A DNA stretch of 64,000 nucleotides from Lepidodermella squamata (taxonomy: Eukaryota > Animalia > Gastrotricha): assembly GCA_047495785.1 (NCBI GenBank), contig JBLDXI010000019.1, positions 2,976,001-3,040,000 of the forward strand, given 5' to 3'. Position 1 is the first letter of the stretch, and each line of letters begins with the position of its first letter. Position numbers and translations under genes: made by a program. Of this stretch, positions 59,118 to 64,000 are shown one piece after another. The notes under the pieces were generated by a model. That model was not told the origin of the DNA. It made no database searches and worked only from the letters and a program-made list of their open reading frames with translations.

Positions 59118-60122
59118 ATTCGGAGGTGCTATTTAACTTAAAACGAGAGAACGAGAGATGTGTGCGAATCGAGCTGCTTTAGGATTACCTTATAACGCTC
59201 AACGTAACGCACATCGGAAATTTCTGAAGAAATATGATCTAAGCCGATTCGCAGAAATAACTCGGTTACGAAGACAGTGTTCCAACCGCACGTTGAAAGA
59301 TGCTAAATCCGGACCCGACAAAATGCGTATTTCCAATATTATCGATTGCATGTTCAAAAGGTTGCTGATCGTGCGGTCGAATTAGAGCTTTTTTAAAGGA
59401 CTGCTTCCGCTTTTCAATTCAAATTGGATAGGTGCAGAGCATGCTTCCCATATTAGAATCAAAATAATTCTGATGATGCGTAAATTATCTGGACATTTTT
59501 GACTCTTTGTTTGAAACGTGATTGATTCTTTTCAGCAAAATCTGTCTTCTCCCAGGATTCTCTCGCAGTAACTTGAACAAATTTCACTTGACTTATGCCG
59601 CGTGATTCCCGGGCGAAAAAGGATCGACTCAACAAATTGATTGCAATCCTTTTCGTATCAAATATTTCCTTTCCAGAATGCAGATAATGGTTTATATAAA
59701 GAGAAAATCGAACCAGGTAAAACTTTTGCCACTCTTATTGCCGTCCAAAAGATAACGAAACAGCTGAAGGCAGCCCTTCGAAACAGCTAAGATGTGATGA
59801 GCGATGCCATCAGCCAATCTGTATTCAGTGAGATCAGCCCACCAACATTATCCATCGCTAAGTTAAAATAATTTCATCCCTCATATTGTTTTCTGTTCAT
59901 TATTCCAGGGCAGCAATTTATTATAAAATCAGGCCTATCGGCTTGCAAAAAGTAAATAAAAGTAGTATATAGAAAGTCTCTGGACGAAATTTTCATTTGC
60001 ATTAAACATTCAATAAATACAATCGCTTAAAACATGGGTACACTAAGTAATCTCACGGCAGCTCAATTGATTGTCTTACATGTAGAGAGCAAAACTTGGG
60101 AGAATTTGTCGTCAACAGTTGC

Positions 60123-60486
60123 CTATTCTGGGTGCGTAATCCGTCGAGCTAACATTTGAGGCAGAATGTAGAATGAAAGCTTGCCTTCACAAATATCTCT
60201 GGACTTCCAAAGCTCTATGCATTGTTGCATTCGGATCTGTCGCTGTTGCGATTGAATTGCTCGCGTTAAGTCGACTAATTTTTGCCAATCTTCAGCGGCT
60301 ACTGCTTGAGAAATCATCGCTTCTGCGAAAATGAATTAATGGTCATGAAATAATCCGTTTCACTTTCTTCGACTTACTAAGATTTGAGGCCATCGAAGAA
60401 TCTGTGATTTTTTCGCAATAGCCACTTGAAACATGAAAGACATCGACCAATAAGAGAGCCAATAAAAAAATGGACAGCAGCTTCAT
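60123..60486 (-). CDS. Small secreted 2-Cys peptide, family B (102 aa; intron 60323-60377)
   Basis: MKLLSIFLLALLLVDVFHVSSG.../KAMISQAVAAEDW...RMQQCIELWKSRDICEGKLSFYILPQ... Confidence 0.8.
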
Positions 60487-62078
60487 GCTTTTGAAATGTT
60501 GCCAGTCTAATTACAAATGATGAATGCTAATTGAATGACGTGAAACTAAAAATACTATGATTCATTTGAAATGTAAAATTGAATCACTATGATTCATTGC
60601 AAATGTAAATTATATCTAATTTTAATCGGAATTGTCCATAGACCTCTGAGTGCCATGTACCTTTAATTCGTGCTCGAGTGTCGAGTGAGTGTTTCTCAGC
60701 AATCAGGAAGTTTGCCGATGCATCCATGTTTGTCCGTTATTTTATGACAGGTATTACAAGCCACTTGCGCTGAGAAATTCTAGTTCGGAAAATTCTTCCA
60801 GCATTATATATAGGGAAAGCACCCATGGACATGGTGTGAAGGACTACTAATCTTGAAAGGGCTTTCTACTTCTCTACTTAACGAAGTCGTCCATATTTTC
60901 TGGGAAATCCCTATTCACGGGTCATTGGATACAAGTTACAACAGATTGTCTCCTGGAATCATGGGATCATGGATTTAGGGCAATCCGGTGGTGATTCAGG
61001 ACTTCCATTCCAATATACTTCCAACATTCATGCGTTCCCTGATGAATTTTGGTGCTGATAATCGATATGACCGGGGTTGGAAATCAACCATTCATTTTTC
61101 AGCGACTGTTTGATAGTTGAATCGCCCCTGCCGTAGGCTTTGTTGCGTCGCGCTCGGCTCACTCGTAGGAGGAAGGTGGGGATTTTGTTGCGGGAAAATT
61201 TTCAGAAATGCGACAGAAACCTGAGATGTCAAAGCATCACTGCAACAAATTTATCACTGAAATTCTGCGAATTTTTGAAGCAAATCTAAGAACAAATTGA
61301 CCTAAAAAAATCTGGATGAAAACATGAGATCTGCGCATGGCGGATACCCTTATGAATGGGCGATAAAGAGTGGTGTATCGCTATTGTTTCTGTAGTTCGG
61401 AAGTAGAATCCTTGAACTAGGGGGCATTTTCGGGACCAAATTATGGATTTGATGAGAGTTTTCCACCTTGGCCTTGCGAACTGGCGGGTACGATATCCCT
61501 CATTCCCTCCGTACTTCGAGCGCTGTGTTGTTGAATAATAACTGCGGAGGTTTAGTATTTCTTCGAGGCTTTAACAAACGGAAACCAGCCACTATTCATC
61601 GACACTAGCGATCGTCATTCTCACACCATTTATTGCGATTGCACGCCTGTCACTTAGCATTTGGGTAAAGGCGTTAAGGCTAATGTTGGATACTGATGGA
61701 GTTCCGAGGTTGATCATCTCAGTTTCTCCATAAATGTAAGTATACACGACTGACGTCAAGACTTGTCACTTTGATTAAGACTAATGCTATTCCACGATCA
61801 TATTCGAAATAGACTCAACAACGTTGAGCGAAGGACTTGCTCTGAACTGCAAGTTGCGTAGGAAATGAGAGCATGTCCTTTTGTGAAAGCGAGGCCTTAA
61901 AATGATGCATTAATTTTTCAACCCACGGCATTACTTATGACAAATTTTAGTCAAAGCCCAACCATTCTGCTCGGCTAGTAAATCCAAAGATAGTTGAAAA
62001 TTTGTTAATAATTGAATTTATTGAAATCCTTTCGACAACATGACAGCCGAAAAACTGCTCAAAAGGAATTGGAATTCT

Positions 62079-62436
62079 TCAGTCTTTGAATAATCCAGTG
62101 TTCATCATTTTGCGAGCATAACTTTGCTGTAAAATGTAAAATGTTAGCTTCCCTCCACAGATATTTCTCGACTTCCATAACTCGAGGCACATATGCATTT
62201 GAATCTCACGCCGTTTCGCTCGTATATGTCGTAAGAGGTCGGAGAGCAGTTGCAAGTTTTCATTTGCCATAGCTGTAGAAATTGCAGATTCTGTGGATAA
62301 GAGAATAAGTGAAGGATAAAACAAATCGTAGGAAATAACTCAAATCTGTCGTCTGATCTCCAGATCTTGATTTACATGACACAATGCACAGTTTGGTAAT
62401 AAGAACCAGGGAACACAATGTCGAAATAAGTTTCAT
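62079..62436 (-). CDS. Small secreted 2-Cys peptide, family B (102 aa; intron 62291-62339)
   Basis: MKLISTLCSLVLITKLCIVSC.../KSAISTAMANENL...QMHMCLELWKSRNICGGKLTFYILQQ... Confidence 0.78.
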
Positions 62437-63706
62437 ATTCAAATAATTATTTAAATTATCTCTATTGAATTAAGAATGAGAGTGCGAGATCGCATAAGTT
62501 TGCTTATATCCAGCGCGCACAGGAAACGCTCGACGAAATATGATCGACACCTTGGGTATATCGGTAACAAATTTCAGGTATCAGGTCTGGTAAGGTCCGT
62601 TTTCTGGCTATTTCACAGACGTTTCGGCTGATGAAATTGGAACATATTCTTCTCATCTCGCGCACTCACTAAATATTATTGTCATCAAGGAACCCCAAAA
62701 TCACTATCTAAAGGACCTCATTTCCGAAGTCTATGGGCGTGTGATGATATTACTCACCCCATTCACGTGAGTTCAGCGGGATCCGTGTCATTTGTCAGTT
62801 TGAGAACATATAGAGACAATGATCATCAGATGATTACTCGTGTCTCGTGTCAACAAAAACTTCCGGCTTATTTCAAAATTTGTAGATCGAAAAATATTGG
62901 TGCACGAAACATTCATTTATGTATGTCGTTTTTAATTTTTACCTTTGTCGGGTTGTTCCAGCTAAAATCAGCGCACTTTGCAAAAGAAACAGGTATCAAG
63001 CGAGGATGACGACGGTCAGAGCGCAGATCAGGCCCGTTGGCAAACGAGAACTGAGGAGGAAAACCCATTTCATCGAAGGCAGCGGAAACAAGGAACGTCC
63101 TCTTACTCGTGATAGAATTTCGACAATAATGAAATAGCAGTTTGCTTTGCTGGACTTGAAGACAACGAAGTATTTTCATCATTCATCCACATTTCTTAGC
63201 ACTGCTCTAAATGTCGAAATCGTATACATAACGTCGAAGATCCATTTGGTATTTACCTATCGCCTATCGACTGGTAAAATGACATAAACAAGGTTAAATC
63301 GGACTTTCCGATAGCCCCTGTGTCGAGATACGAGATTTCAATGCAGATATAACGTTCGTGGCGCGGAAGAACAAGCAATTCAAGCAAAAAACATAGTGCT
63401 AATGATAGGATATTTTTTGCTTGAAGTGCTTTCAATGTTGGCCTTAACTTGTCCTTAACTTGTCACGTCCATTTGAAATTATTTAAATCAGTTTCAGGCG
63501 TGAAAGCGGGAGATGTTCTGGTTTTAAATAAGTATTCCCGTGACACCGGAAGATAGCAGCTGGTCAGGCGCGTTGTTGATATTGAGGGTGAGAATTTATC
63601 GATTATTCTGCCCTCAGACAATGCTTTGAAATCGGTCTATACATGATTAATTTTATCTTAGATAGCCACGTTAGCCCGAGGTCTCAACTGGAATTTCGCA
63701 TCGATT

Positions 63707-64000
63707 ATGAAGCCGACGATTGTGCTCTTATCAGCTCTGTTCACCTTTTTTATTATTGAATCGGCTCGGACTGCTCCGTTACCACTAGGAGATGCTGAAA
63801 TCAACACAGAAGAGCAGTTGGCCAAACTAAGTGGGTAGAAGCTTTCTTCAAACATTTTATATTATATACTTTTTACAGGAAAAAAGGTTATGAAGATCAT
63901 TCAACGCCGCGATCTTGAGGCTCTGGCCCAGCTGGTAATAACAGCCAGGCACAGACAACGTCAAAATCGGATGCGAAAATGCGTTGATCAACTAGGTTCA
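63707..64000 (+). CDS. Small secreted peptide, family B, 3'-partial (intron 63831-63878)
   Basis: MKPTIVLLSALFTFFIIESART...EQLAKL/RKKVMKIIQRRDLEALAQLVITARHRQRQNRMRKCVDQLGS; same phase-1 intron and RMRKC motif. Confidence 0.72.

Overview
Eukaryotic (metazoan, probably invertebrate) genomic DNA with very short GT-AG introns (~47-81 nt). Bases 1-17623 are the right-hand part of a Maverick/Polinton (adintovirus-like) endogenous virus. Its genes are pPolB, rve integrase, a small TM protein, minor capsid, a QxGxG core-type protein, major capsid, adenain-like protease, packaging ATPase, a PC4-like protein, a pX-like protein and one more conserved ORF, followed by a repeat-rich end closing in ACTACT. 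The fragmented ORF track does not reflect decay. By hand I resolve 22 short spliceosomal introns (15 in the visible pPolB) whose removal restores uninterrupted frames and the catalytic motifs. A 1.96-kb protease/ATPase/PC4 block is tandemly triplicated. The element sits inside the intron of one member of a family of small secreted 4-Cys peptide genes, with three more intact copies at 18.4, 21.1 and 25.2 kb. The rest is host DNA dense in MITEs and TE relics. It encodes a Cys-rich secreted repeat protein, a papain-family protease with a long N-terminal extension, a RING+ubiquitin-like protein, a disabled GABA-B-like class C GPCR, an alpha-1,3-fucosyltransferase, a multi-pass membrane protein, a two-pore K+ channel and a second family of five small secreted 2-Cys peptides. 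All splice models and family assignments come from manual reading and motif recall; no database searches or RNA data were used.
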